DNA from: a virus
Virus record (IMG/VR): IMGVR_UViG_3300037247_000847
Location: 1-64,000 of that record
DNA length: 64,000 nucleotides
Direction: 5' to 3' (one strand)
Shown here: one piece after another, positions 32,072 to 41,875 of the stretch
How positions within the stretch are numbered: position 1 is the stretch's first letter
How the letters are laid out: the number at the start of each line of letters is the position of its first letter
The notes under the pieces: generated by a model
Seen by the model: only the letters and a program-made list of their open reading frames with translations
Database searches by the model: none
Told to the model about the DNA's origin: nothing
Program-made: the position numbers and the translations under genes

Positions 32072-33757
32072 ATGGCTAGTAATTTGGTAAGAGCGAAACG
32101 CCGTATAGAGCGTTGGAGGAGTTTTAAGACCAATAAAGGTCAGTGGTTGTCACACTGGGAGGACCTTGCACGTCTTATGTTGCCAAGACGTATGGGATTT
32201 ATTACTCAGATGACAGAGGGTGAGCGTCGTACTGAAGAGATTTATGACTCTACTGCTATGCGTGCTGCTCGAGGTCTAGCCAATGCTGTGGGTCAACTAC
32301 TTCGGCCTGAGGGAGAAAAGTTTTTCTTTATCCGAGCTGAGGATGACGGATTGAACCAATCTGATGAGGTCCAAGATTGGTTAAAAAGATCTGAGGACCG
32401 TCTTCATAATTCAATTTTCAATCCCAAAGCTAGATTTAGACAAGCCACTGGTGAAGCCGATATGGACTTGGTAGTTTTCGGTACAGCTGTTAATTTTGTA
32501 GGGCTATCACGTAAGGCACGACGTCTAAAGTTTCTTACCATAGACCTCAAGGATGTTGACATAGTTCTTGATGAAGAAGGTAATCCAGACACGGTTTTTC
32601 AACATCGACGTTTTACCTTGAGACAAGCAGGGCAGAGATTTACTAAAGAGAGATTGAGTGAGGATCTTAGAAGACGTCTTGAAGATCAGAGTGATGCTAA
32701 TCTCGATACGAAATATGACTTCTTACGTGTCGTAGAGCCGCGTGCAAATGGTAAGGTCGACGCTGCCTTGGCGCGAAACATGCCATTTACAAATGATTGG
32801 ATAGAGATCGATTCAGCGCATGAAGTAAGTGAAGGGGGTTTTAGAGAATTCCCGTTTGTAATCCCTCGTTGGGACACTTCTTCTGGAGAAGTCTATGGTC
32901 GTAGTCCTGGTATGATAGCTCTACCAGATAGTGAGACGTCTAATGCTATGTCTGAGACTATTTTAGTAGCAGGACAAAAGGCTGCTGACCCACCATTTTT
33001 TGCACCGAATGATAGTTCATTTGATGCCATAAATTCATTTTCTGGTGGAATATCCTATTATGATGTGGATACTGCAGTACAACTTCGTGGTAATCCCTTT
33101 TTCTCTATGAAAAATGATTATAACTTACCAATTACAAGAGATATGCAGTTTGATACTCGTCAACAGATAGAAGCAGCATTTTTTAAGAACGTATTTAATC
33201 TACCTATACGTGGGCCAGAAATGACAGCTACTGAGGTGATTACTCGTAAGGAAGAGTTTATTCGGGAGATGGGTGCTACATTTGGTAGGCTCGAGAGTGA
33301 TTATTTAGCTCCTCAAGTTGAGAAATCTTTTAGTCTATTACTTAGGGCTGGGGAATTTGACCCCATCCCAGAAATACTGTTAGAACGCGACGTGCGTTTT
33401 GAATATACGTCACCAATTAAGAGGATTCGTGAGCAGGCTGAAGCGGCTGCTACCAGGTTGTGGGTACAGGAGTTAATAGAGCTAGAACCTATCAAACCAG
33501 AAATCATGGATAACGCGAACTTAGACGAAGTTGCTCGTCACGCGGCTCGTGCTCTAGACCTACCAACAGGTGTGGTTACGTCACAAGATGATGTAGTAGA
33601 AATAAGAACCCAACGTGCAGAAGCAGAGAGTGATGCTCTTGAACGAGAAAGGGTTGCTCAAGAAGCAGGGATCGCGGCTACTGGTGGTAAGGCAGTTAAG
33701 GATATAAGTCAGGCTTTGGAGGGGGTTTCCCCTGAAGCTTTGCAGGAGATAGTTTAA
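32072..33757 (+). CDS. portal (head-tail connector) protein, podovirus type
   Basis: IYDSTA, DLVVFGTA, PRW..SGEVYGRSPG, MTATEV..R.EE, FEYTSP motifs. Confidence 0.95.
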   Translation: MASNLVRAKRRIERWRSFKTNKGQWLSHWEDLARLMLPRRMGFITQMTEGERRTEEIYDSTAMRAARGLANAVGQLLRPEGEKFFFIRAEDDGLNQSDEVQDWLKRSEDRLHNSIFNPKARFRQATGEADMDLVVFGTAVNFVGLSRKARRLKFLTIDLKDVDIVLDEEGNPDTVFQHRRFTLRQAGQRFTKERLSEDLRRRLEDQSDANLDTKYDFLRVVEPRANGKVDAALARNMPFTNDWIEIDSAHEVSEGGFREFPFVIPRWDTSSGEVYGRSPGMIALPDSETSNAMSETILVAGQKAADPPFFAPNDSSFDAINSFSGGISYYDVDTAVQLRGNPFFSMKNDYNLPITRDMQFDTRQQIEAAFFKNVFNLPIRGPEMTATEVITRKEEFIREMGATFGRLESDYLAPQVEKSFSLLLRAGEFDPIPEILLERDVRFEYTSPIKRIREQAEAAATRLWVQELIELEPIKPEIMDNANLDEVARHAARALDLPTGVVTSQDDVVEIRTQRAEAESDALERERVAQEAGIAATGGKAVKDISQALEGVSPEALQEIV

Positions 33758-33768
33758 GGAGAAAAAAC

Positions 33769-34053
33769 ATGGCGGCAGATGAACAATTCTGGATTAATCG
33801 AGCGCAAACAGCAGAGGCTAAGTTGGCTACACTCAAGGAGAACCTTGAACCAGCACTGGAACGGGTGAAGAAATTCAAGGCAAACTTTGGTATTCGTGAA
33901 AAGTCTGACGGCTCTATTGATATTGACTTTGAGAAAATGGTTGATAAATTAGGCCCAGAGGCCAGTTTGGAATTGAGATCCGTTATTAATGATAAGTATA
34001 CAATTCGCCCTCGGCGTCACTTGAATCCGCAGATACACATGAATGCTTCTTAG
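33769..34053 (+). CDS. hypothetical protein
   Basis: AAGGAG SD. Confidence 0.65.
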   Translation: MAADEQFWINRAQTAEAKLATLKENLEPALERVKKFKANFGIREKSDGSIDIDFEKMVDKLGPEASLELRSVINDKYTIRPRRHLNPQIHMNAS

Positions 34054-34357
34054 TAAGATGGACGAATATCTAGAGCTTCTAGCTGATCTTTCTGTTCCAG
34101 AGGACTATGATAGTGTGGATCGATACAACGATTTCCGAAAGGTCTTTTTAGAGACTGATCCAGGTCGTAGAGTGCTTAAACAGATATTAGGATGGGGTAG
34201 TTTGCTTAAAGTTCATCCTATGAGATCCCCAATCGATCCATATATGACAGAACGATTAGAAGGACAACGCAATCTCTCGTTAAAGATATTTGCCATTATG
34301 TTGGTCAAACCTAAGAAAAAACCAGATAGGCAGGCTACAGTATCGAAGGAGGAATGA
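34043..34357 (+). CDS. conserved post-portal protein (Bbp19-like)
   Basis: F.TDPGRRVL..I...DPY...EGQR motif. Confidence 0.75.
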   Translation: MLLSKMDEYLELLADLSVPEDYDSVDRYNDFRKVFLETDPGRRVLKQILGWGSLLKVHPMRSPIDPYMTERLEGQRNLSLKIFAIMLVKPKKKPDRQATVSKEE

Positions 34358-34363
34358 ACAGTT

Positions 34364-34567
34364 ATGGCGAAGAAAACAAAGAAGTCTAAATCAGTTGTAG
34401 CAGACGTATCTTCGGACACGGACTTCCATGCCGAGAATGATATGCGTACTCTTATCGACGCTGAGAAGATCAAAAAAGATAAAGGGCGTATGTCTGCTGC
34501 TCTGAAAAAAGGTAAGGAGCAGCGTGTTGCTCTTGAGAGTGTAATAGACAAGAAAAAGGAGACTTAA
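34364..34567 (+). CDS. hypothetical protein
   Basis: AENDMRTLIDAEKIKKDKGR; AGGAGG SD. Confidence 0.65.
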   Translation: MAKKTKKSKSVVADVSSDTDFHAENDMRTLIDAEKIKKDKGRMSAALKKGKEQRVALESVIDKKKET

Positions 34568-34571
34568 TATC

Positions 34572-35669
34572 ATGGCTGATGTTGGAAGTGCTGCTGCAGC
34601 TACTATAGAAGATCTTGACCTTCTCTCTACTTTGGACGTTGGAGAGGGTGAAGAGAAGGGTGAAGAGAAGGGTGAAGAGAAAGGTGAAGAGAAAGGTGAA
34701 GAGAAGGGTGAAGAGAAGGGTGAAGAGAAGGGTGAAGAGGATCCTAAGTGGTTTGAAGAGGGCATCGAAGATCTGAACCTTAGAAAATTTGCCAGTGGAT
34801 TTGAGACCCAAGACGCTCTTATGGAGACTATGAGTGGATTGCAAAAGGCTCTTGGTGTAGAATCTGTTAAGGACTGGCGAAAAGATATAGAAGATGAACA
34901 GTTAAAAGAGCATGCTTATCGCTTTACCTCACCGGCTGACGTTGTAAAACATCATCTTGAGCTACGTCAGATACTGAGTTCAGCATTGATCCCTCCTAGT
35001 AAGAGTACTAGTAAGGAAGACAAGGAAGTCTTTGCATCCAGATTGTCTAAAATGCTTGGCGTTCCAGAAACGTCAGAGGGTTACGAATTTCCAGCCCCAG
35101 CGAAAGGTGTAGAACTTACGGATGAAGATAAGAAGTCTCGTGCGGATTTGGCTAGTTTCTTTCATCAGATACATCTACCTAAGCCTATGGCAGATGCTAT
35201 TCTTAATCGGGGTGTTGAGGAAGCTGTAGCCGCTAAGATAGCTGACAAGGAAGCTGACGACCGTTTCGCTGAAAAGTCTACAGCGCAACTTGAAGTTGAA
35301 TGGGGTGATGATTATGATGTTAATCGCACAGTTGCGGTCAGAGCCGGTAGAGAACTTTTTGGGGATGAATTTGATGATGTCATGCGGGCGAAATTGTCCG
35401 ATGACCGTCTTCTTATGGATAGTACATTCATGTTGCGCGCTCTTGCGCGGGTTGGTCGCGAGATGAGTGAAGGTAGTATGGATGTTATGACCGAAAATGA
35501 GCGTGACACTATTGACGATCAGGTCAAGGATGTGCGGCAACGCGCTGCTGATGCTAAAGATGAAGGTAACACACGATTGGCTAATAAGCTATTCAAAGAG
35601 GAGCAGGAACTTCTCACTAGGGTCGTTGGTAAAAAGCCAATTGTTGGTAGTGGTGCCCGTACCGTTTAG
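34572..35669 (+). CDS. capsid scaffolding protein
   Basis: Acidic; GVPET.EGY, L..EWGDDYD, LARVG..MSE; lies before the capsid gene. Confidence 0.8.
   Translation: MADVGSAAAATIEDLDLLSTLDVGEGEEKGEEKGEEKGEEKGEEKGEEKGEEKGEEDPKWFEEGIEDLNLRKFASGFETQDALMETMSGLQKALGVESVKDWRKDIEDEQLKEHAYRFTSPADVVKHHLELRQILSSALIPPSKSTSKEDKEVFASRLSKMLGVPETSEGYEFPAPAKGVELTDEDKKSRADLASFFHQIHLPKPMADAILNRGVEEAVAAKIADKEADDRFAEKSTAQLEVEWGDDYDVNRTVAVRAGRELFGDEFDDVMRAKLSDDRLLMDSTFMLRALARVGREMSEGSMDVMTENERDTIDDQVKDVRQRAADAKDEGNTRLANKLFKEEQELLTRVVGKKPIVGSGARTV
34647..34742 (+). repeat. 12-bp coding tandem repeat, (GEEK)x7 plus GEED
   Basis: GGTGAAGAGAAR units seen directly. Confidence 0.95.
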
Positions 35670-35710
35670 TATGACCAATCATCTACCTCCAAGGCCCGCA
35701 GGTAGCGGAG

Positions 35711-35782
35711 ACTAAATTAACGGGGTTTTTACCCTTGAAGGGTCAAATCCTCCCCTGCAGGCCTTGGAGGCGGTCCTAAAAT
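35711..35782 (+). repeat. dispersed repeat, copy B (partial)
   Basis: GGGTTTTTACCCTTGAAGGGTCAAATCCTC..CTGCAGGCCTTGGAGGCGGTCCTAAAAT. Confidence 0.9.
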
Positions 35783-35981
35783 ACTATCTAAGCTATTTAT
35801 TAGGTCTTTTCGGTGGCTCCTTACATTATCTATGTAACCCCACTTAAGATCACCGAGGACTCAGACAGCCCACTGATGCGCTAACCACGTTCCAGCATTG
35901 CTGGCCCCCGTGGCTGAGTATTAAGTGCTCCCTGAGTAGAGGTCTTCGCTCTTGCACAATCGCAATAACAGGAGCGAAAAA

Positions 35982-36875
35982 ATGAGTACGTCTATCGATC
36001 AGGCATTTATCACCTCTTTCGAGGCGAAAGTGCATGAAGTGTTTCAGCGGAAGGGAGCCTATCTCAAGGATGCCGTCCGTCTGAAAACCGATGTGGTTGG
36101 TGCCACTGCCGTCTTCCAGAAAGTCGGTAAGGGTACTGCTACGACAAAGTCTCGGCATGGTACAATCGTGCCGATGAACCAAGAGCATACAGCACCGTCT
36201 GTTACTCTGCAAGACTTCTATGCAGGTGACTGGGTGGACAAGCTCGATGAAGCGAAGATTAACATCAATGATCGTGATGTGATCGCTTCAGGCGGTGCTC
36301 AGGCATTGGGTAGGAAGGTTGATGACCAGATTACTACGGTTCTCGATACTACTACCCAGGCCGCAGTCACCCTAACCCTTTCCAACAAAGGTAATGTCCT
36401 TGCCTCACTGTTGGAGTTGGTCGAAGCGGTGTGGGCGAATGACGTGCCAAATGATGGGGAGAACTTCGCTGTTATGACACCTCGTCTTTGGTCTCAGGCC
36501 ATGACGCTCGATCAGTTCAACCGGGCGGAGTACGTAGGAGCTGATGGGATGGTCTTCAAGCAGGGACCTAAAATCGGTGTTGCTGCGTGGAAGAACTGGA
36601 TGAACATCAAGTGGAAGATGCAGACTGGGCTTCCTGGAGCTGCTACGGCTTCAGGCAAGTCTTGGGTCTGGAACATGATGGCTATCGGCTACGCTATCGC
36701 GAAGTCGGCAGGTAATGTTGCTGGACGTGAGTCTGTTTCAGCGGACATCACTTGGCACGGTGATCGTGCAGCTCACTTCGTCAACAACATGATGAGTGGT
36801 AATGCTGTCATGATCGACGATACGGGTGTCATTGAAGCAAACTTCAATGATACAACCGCAATCGTTACGTCGTAG
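35982..36875 (+). CDS. major capsid protein
   Basis: MSTSIDQAFITSF...FQKVGKGTATTKSRHG...DFYAGDWVDKLDE...ALGRKVD; AGGAG SD; start reassigned to ATG 35982. Confidence 0.93.
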   Translation: MSTSIDQAFITSFEAKVHEVFQRKGAYLKDAVRLKTDVVGATAVFQKVGKGTATTKSRHGTIVPMNQEHTAPSVTLQDFYAGDWVDKLDEAKININDRDVIASGGAQALGRKVDDQITTVLDTTTQAAVTLTLSNKGNVLASLLELVEAVWANDVPNDGENFAVMTPRLWSQAMTLDQFNRAEYVGADGMVFKQGPKIGVAAWKNWMNIKWKMQTGLPGAATASGKSWVWNMMAIGYAIAKSAGNVAGRESVSADITWHGDRAAHFVNNMMSGNAVMIDDTGVIEANFNDTTAIVTS

Positions 36876-36889
36876 AGGAGGGATAGAAA

Positions 36890-37189
36890 ATGGCATACGT
36901 ACCAGGAAATCTAGCTCTCCTTAACTCGGTCAATGGTTTTGAGTTGTATCGGTATGATTCGACTGATGGCATTACGACCGTGGATACGGCGGGCTACTTC
37001 AACAACGTTGACGACTCGCTTCTGCTGCGTGCCGGTGCCTTGATCCATGTGATCACGTGGGTTGGGGCGGTACGTACAGGGACTATTGGTGATGTGTCCC
37101 TTGTGATCGTCACAACCGTTGACAGTGAAGGTGTTGTCAACGTTTCGTCGGACATCTTCGAAAAGGGCATTTACTCAAGCGCCGATTAG
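36890..37189 (+). CDS. capsid-associated/decoration protein
   Basis: Y.STD...VDTAGYFN motif; strong SD; directly after the capsid gene. Confidence 0.7.
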   Translation: MAYVPGNLALLNSVNGFELYRYDSTDGITTVDTAGYFNNVDDSLLLRAGALIHVITWVGAVRTGTIGDVSLVIVTTVDSEGVVNVSSDIFEKGIYSSAD

Positions 37190-37753
37190 ATGTCTCGAAC
37201 TTCAAAGGGTGGGGGCCTTGCGTCCCCACCTTACTCTTTATCTCATTCTGGACCTGTACTGGTATGTGGTAATGCTTACAATCTACACGACGACCTCGAA
37301 CGCGCCCGGCAGTTATATCCAAACGCACCTGTGATTGCCGTTAACGGTGCGACGGGAGAATTGCAGGCCTTTGCGTTGTATTCTAAACATCCAGAGAAGA
37401 TGCCACAATGGATTAAACGGCAACGGCAGTTTGGTAATGACTTCACGGTTCATGGCTCGAAATACAATCCCGACTGTCCTTGGGTGAATCATTGGTGGGA
37501 AGATGCCAGAGGTGGTGGTGGTTCGGCCTGGGGTGCACGTAAATTAGCAACCCTAATGGGTTTCTATCCGGTGATCCTTTGTGGTGCACCTCTTGATCCT
37601 GGGGGCTATGTGTCAAGCCCCATTGCTAAACTGATGCGACGTGAGGATGTGATTGACAATTTCAGACGGGAGATTGAGAGTGATGTTGAATGGCATGAGG
37701 GTGTGATGAGTATGTCGGGTTGGACACGAGAATTTTTAGGAGAGCCAAAATGA
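37190..37753 (+). CDS. MptE/DUF115-like (Maf-type transferase fold) protein
   Basis: VLVCGNA..L, VIAVNG, GGSAWGA..LA..MGF.PVILCG. Confidence 0.55.
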   Translation: MSRTSKGGGLASPPYSLSHSGPVLVCGNAYNLHDDLERARQLYPNAPVIAVNGATGELQAFALYSKHPEKMPQWIKRQRQFGNDFTVHGSKYNPDCPWVNHWWEDARGGGGSAWGARKLATLMGFYPVILCGAPLDPGGYVSSPIAKLMRREDVIDNFRREIESDVEWHEGVMSMSGWTREFLGEPK

Positions 37754-37947
37754 AATATATACTGGTTACTATGCTGGCGCAGATTGCCGATGATGAACCC
37801 GCACCAAAAGTTCCTGATGATTGGCCAGATAAGTCATATTGGACTGCTGACTTTTTCAATAATTCTGAGTTAGTAAATAATGTCATGAAAGACGCTCAAG
37901 TGGCTATGGGTCGAAAAATCACGCAGGATGGTATGCCGGGATGCTAA
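37750..37947 (+). CDS. hypothetical protein
   Basis: ATGA overlap, AGGAG SD. Confidence 0.5.
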   Translation: MKYILVTMLAQIADDEPAPKVPDDWPDKSYWTADFFNNSELVNNVMKDAQVAMGRKITQDGMPGC

Positions 37948-38492
37948 CAGTTGCCTGTGTATTATCCGAAGGTCCAAAGCGTGTCTACAATATAGAGCAC
38001 GTTCGCCGCTTGCAAGATATGGTAACACAATATCTCAAAAGGCGTTATCATTTTGTTTGTATTACTGATTCCCCATATCCTGGTTGGTGGGCTAAAGTCA
38101 GCCTATTCGAGCCAGGGCGTTTTAAAGGCCGTGTACTTTACCTCGATTTAGACGTAACCATTGTTGGTTTTCTGAATGATTTAGCACTTTACCCTGCACC
38201 CTTTGTAGCTATCAAGGACTGGCTACGACCAACCATCAATTCCTCCGTTATGGCTTGGGATGCCGGTAAGATGGATCATCTGTTTACCAAGTTTGATAAA
38301 TCCGTCATGGACCGGCTCAAGGGTGATCAGGATTGGATCACTGGGCAGATGCCTAAAGCTGAGACGTTTCCGCGAGATTGGTGTGTATCGTATCGAAAGT
38401 CTGTGAAGATGTTTGGTGTGGTACCACCTAATGCTAAAATAGTTGTATTTCACGGGTTTCCTAAACCTTGGGAGGTTCCTGCAGTTGTTTGA
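37941..38492 (+). CDS. glycosyltransferase, GT-A fold (GT8-like)
   Basis: FVCITD, GWWAKV.LF, YLDLD, NSSVM, GDQDWI, VVFHGFPKPW. Confidence 0.85.
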   Translation: MLTVACVLSEGPKRVYNIEHVRRLQDMVTQYLKRRYHFVCITDSPYPGWWAKVSLFEPGRFKGRVLYLDLDVTIVGFLNDLALYPAPFVAIKDWLRPTINSSVMAWDAGKMDHLFTKFDKSVMDRLKGDQDWITGQMPKAETFPRDWCVSYRKSVKMFGVVPPNAKIVVFHGFPKPWEVPAVV

Positions 38493-39927
38493 TATAGTTT
38501 TAATCAATCCAGGTGCCACGCAAGCTATTTATCAGGGTCTTTCAGATGAATTTACTGCTATTGAGCCTCCAACCTGGGCTCGTATGATTGCTGGCTGGCT
38601 CAGAGATCGTGATTACAAGGTTGCGATCATTGACCAAGAAGCGGAAGCACTTGGTACAGACGATATCTTGACAAGACTTGAGAAAATGGGTAATCCACTT
38701 GTCGCTATTATCGTATCTGGACACCAACCATCTGCGTCGACACAACAGATGGTGGGGGCACATACTGTTGCTAATGCTATTGGAACACAATGTACTACTA
38801 TAATGGTAGGTAATCATCCGTCGGCCTTACCAGAGCGTACATTAGAGGAAGAACCAGTTGAGTTTGTATGTGATGGTGAAGGTCCTATAACCATTGCTGC
38901 AATTTTGGACGGTGTATCTATTGTAGACGTACCTGGTCTTGTTTGGGCAGTTGATCCAAAACTTGATCGTGTTTGCAACCCCCGTGCTCCGCTCATTCCA
39001 ATGGATGAGCTCTATGGCGATGTATGGGATCTTCTGCCAATGGATCGCTACCGTGCTCATAATTGGCAGTGCTTTGATGGTAGCCCACGTCAACCCTACG
39101 CTTCGATCTACACCTCACTTGGTTGTCCGTTTAAGTGTTCGTTTTGTATGATCAATATATTTCAGCATACTAATCGTTATCGTATGCGAGAGCCGAAAAG
39201 TGTGGTTGCGGAAATCGAGATGCTTTACACTGATCATGGTGTACAAACTCTCAAAATTGCCGATGAGATGTTTGTCCTGAACGACCAGCATGTGACGGAA
39301 ATTTGTGAAGGGTTAGCAAAGAAACCGTTCGTTGATGAACTTAACATCTGGGCCTACGCTCGGATCGATACGGTAAAGTCCTACCAGCCGAGATTGCTGC
39401 GCCGTGCTGGCATTCGCTGGTTGGCATTAGGTATTGAGAGTGCTAGTTCACATGTTCGGAATGGTATCTACAAATCGTTCACCCAAGATGATATTTTTGC
39501 GGTTGTTAGAATGATTCAGGAGGCAGGTATCAACGTGATTGGCAATTTTATCTTTGGATTGCCGGATGATACATTAGAATCCATGCGTGAGACCCTGGAT
39601 ATGGCGGAGGAGCTAAACTGTGAGTTTGCGAATTTCTATGTGGCTCAAGGATATCCAGGTAGCAAATTATTTACAGAAACACCAGTTAAGGATTTGCCAG
39701 ATAGTTGGGTAGGATATTCACAACACGCCCATGAAACGTGCCCTCTACCAACAGCTACATTATCGAGTGCAGAGGTACTGAGTTTTAGAGATTGGGCGTT
39801 TCAACATTATTTTACTGGTGAACAGTATCTCGATATGATTAATAAAAAATTTGGTACTAATGTTGTAGAAGAAATCAAGCGTATGACATCTGTTAAGATG
39901 TCGCGAAAACTATTGGAAGTAACATGA
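38485..39927 (+). CDS. cobalamin-binding radical SAM enzyme
   Basis: B12-binding N-domain (GNHPSALP, GEG), GCPFKCSFC, GIES, FIFGLP; start reassigned to TTG after GGAGG. Confidence 0.9.
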   Translation: MFDIVLINPGATQAIYQGLSDEFTAIEPPTWARMIAGWLRDRDYKVAIIDQEAEALGTDDILTRLEKMGNPLVAIIVSGHQPSASTQQMVGAHTVANAIGTQCTTIMVGNHPSALPERTLEEEPVEFVCDGEGPITIAAILDGVSIVDVPGLVWAVDPKLDRVCNPRAPLIPMDELYGDVWDLLPMDRYRAHNWQCFDGSPRQPYASIYTSLGCPFKCSFCMINIFQHTNRYRMREPKSVVAEIEMLYTDHGVQTLKIADEMFVLNDQHVTEICEGLAKKPFVDELNIWAYARIDTVKSYQPRLLRRAGIRWLALGIESASSHVRNGIYKSFTQDDIFAVVRMIQEAGINVIGNFIFGLPDDTLESMRETLDMAEELNCEFANFYVAQGYPGSKLFTETPVKDLPDSWVGYSQHAHETCPLPTATLSSAEVLSFRDWAFQHYFTGEQYLDMINKKFGTNVVEEIKRMTSVKMSRKLLEVT

Positions 39928-40331
39928 TGGAAATAGTAATTGACTTTCCACCGATCTATGACGAGATAAAGTCTGTATTCCCAATGGCTGGTCGCGGTGT
40001 TATTTATGCTTGGGGCAACAAGATCTATAATCCATCTAATGTGTATATTCCACTACAACTTATTGCTCATGAGCGGACGCACGGGCGAAGGCAAGGTAAT
40101 GACGTGGATGGTTGGTGGCGTCGTTATTTAGATGAGAAGAAATTTAGGTTGGTTGAGGAGATATTAGCCCATGCTACCGAGATGGAGTGTTTGTTAGGTC
40201 CAAACCCGAATAGGCAGATGAGACGACAAGTTATTAAATCTACTGCAAAACGTCTTTCAAATCCACTTTATCGTTATGGTATTTCACGAGTACAAGCACA
40301 AGTTCTGTTAAAAAAGAAACTCGCAGCATGA
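39924..40331 (+). CDS. HExxH metalloprotease-like protein
   Basis: AHERTH...Y..D.KFR..EE..A. Confidence 0.55.
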   Translation: MMEIVIDFPPIYDEIKSVFPMAGRGVIYAWGNKIYNPSNVYIPLQLIAHERTHGRRQGNDVDGWWRRYLDEKKFRLVEEILAHATEMECLLGPNPNRQMRRQVIKSTAKRLSNPLYRYGISRVQAQVLLKKKLAA

Positions 40332-40347
40332 ACGGAAGGACGATGAT

Positions 40348-40563
40348 ATGGCAGTCACCTTTACGATGACTTGGGCCGATGGCTTGGATTCCAACGTCAA
40401 TATAGGTTTTGTTCTAACCGATGACCGAGGACGTATTACACCATGGATAGTACCAACCGATTCGATTGGTAACTGTCCAGATCACGCAGCGCGGGCCGTA
40501 GCTGACGAACTTCATAATCAGAGTGGTGCAGCTTCAGGAACGGTTACGGTCACTATCTCATGA
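40348..40563 (+). CDS. hypothetical protein
   Basis: AAGGA SD. Confidence 0.55.
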   Translation: MAVTFTMTWADGLDSNVNIGFVLTDDRGRITPWIVPTDSIGNCPDHAARAVADELHNQSGAASGTVTVTIS

Positions 40564-40784
40564 GGCGCGTTTACGCCCCTTATGGGTTTAACTGGCGGGG
40601 GATCGAGAATAATTCTGTTGCTCGATGTACCAAGTGCAATCTTGAGTACGAGACTCGCCACGCTATCCGCAAGGAGGGTGATGAACTCGTGCAGTATTTT
40701 TCCCATCTTTGTCCTGGGTGCGATAACCTAGATCATATATTTGGTGTTAGTTCCCCACCAGAAAAGATGACCCTTCATGGATGA
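40560..40784 (+). CDS. zinc-finger-like protein
   Basis: CTKC...CPGC. Confidence 0.55.
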   Translation: MRRVYAPYGFNWRGIENNSVARCTKCNLEYETRHAIRKEGDELVQYFSHLCPGCDNLDHIFGVSSPPEKMTLHG

Positions 40785-41376
40785 TCTTATGACTCCTGAT
40801 GACTTGATCGTCTTCGAGGAGGAGATTGCTGCTGAGTTCAACGCTGGTAAGATTCCCTATCCGGTCCATTTGAGCGATGGCAATGAAGCGCAGCTAATCG
40901 AAATCTTCAGGGATGTGCGACCTCAGGACTGGGTTTTCACGACTTGGCGGTCGCATTACCACGCGCTGCTCAAAGGTGTTTCATGTGAAACATTGCGAGC
41001 CGCTATCTTCCGTGGTGAATCCATGCGGCTCCGGTTTCCCGACCATCGTGTCTACGGCTCGTCGATTGTTGGTGGAACAATTTCGCACGCTCTAGGAGTC
41101 TCATTGGCAATTAAGCGTAGAGGCGTTAACGAAAAAGTTTGGGCCTTCGTTGGTGACATGGCTGCCCATAGTGGTGTCTTTTATGAATGTCGTCACTACG
41201 CTGCGGCTCATGATTTACCACTTGAGTTAGTAATCGAAGACAACAGGGCGAGCGTTTGTACTCCAACCTACGATGTTTGGGGCACCTCGCCACCACTACC
41301 ATGGATGTGGGTGAGGAAATATGAATATCAGTCCAAATATCCCCATGCCGGAGCCGGGAAGCGTGTGCAGTTCTGA
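40777..41376 (+). CDS. thiamine-diphosphate-dependent enzyme, E1-alpha-like subunit
   Basis: HLSDGNE, WRSHYH, SSIVGG, GD...EDN ThDP-binding motif. Confidence 0.88.
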   Translation: MDDLMTPDDLIVFEEEIAAEFNAGKIPYPVHLSDGNEAQLIEIFRDVRPQDWVFTTWRSHYHALLKGVSCETLRAAIFRGESMRLRFPDHRVYGSSIVGGTISHALGVSLAIKRRGVNEKVWAFVGDMAAHSGVFYECRHYAAAHDLPLELVIEDNRASVCTPTYDVWGTSPPLPWMWVRKYEYQSKYPHAGAGKRVQF

Positions 41377-41875
41377 CTACCGGGCCGCGCTTTCGCAGGC
41401 TATGGAGGAAATGGCCTGTGATCCCCGCGTGGTGTTCCTGGGTCAAGGGGTACGCGATCCGGGTACGTTCATGTCTACGACCTTGCAGGACGTACCACTG
41501 GATAAGCGTATTGAGATGCCGGTTATGGAGGAAACTCAGCTCGGGATGTCGATCGGTATGACGCTGGCTGGTATGGTACCCGTTTCGATCTTCCCACGGT
41601 GGAACTTCCTCCTACTCGCTGCGAACCAGTTGGTAAACCATCTGGACAAGATGCAGGTCCGTGTGATCGTGCGGGTGGGGATTGGTAGTTCCAAACCACT
41701 CGATCCGGGGGTTCAACATACGTCCGATTTCACCGAGGCCTTTCGCCTCATGATGCCTAATACATACATTAGGAGATTGAACAATGCGAGCGATGTCATT
41801 ACAGAATATCGACAGGCGCTTGAGCGAAAAGGCCCCAGTATCCTCGTCGAAATCGCAGACCTCTATGCAGGTTAA
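41363..41875 (+). CDS. ThDP-dependent enzyme, E1-beta/transketolase pyrimidine-binding subunit
   Basis: FLGQ, EMPVMEE.QLG..IG, NQLVNHLDK, QH; start reassigned to GTG 41363. Confidence 0.85.
   Translation: MCSSDYRAALSQAMEEMACDPRVVFLGQGVRDPGTFMSTTLQDVPLDKRIEMPVMEETQLGMSIGMTLAGMVPVSIFPRWNFLLLAANQLVNHLDKMQVRVIVRVGIGSSKPLDPGVQHTSDFTEAFRLMMPNTYIRRLNNASDVITEYRQALERKGPSILVEIADLYAG

Noticed and set aside
34391-34844. Minus-strand ORFs with SSPF/LFTL repeats, and similar antisense ORFs throughout
   Set aside because: They are shadows of the GEEK repeat and of real genes on the opposite strand
40777-41875. Pyruvate dehydrogenase as an auxiliary metabolic gene
   Set aside because: Subunits are truncated, E2 and E3 are absent, and the context is nucleotide-sugar synthesis
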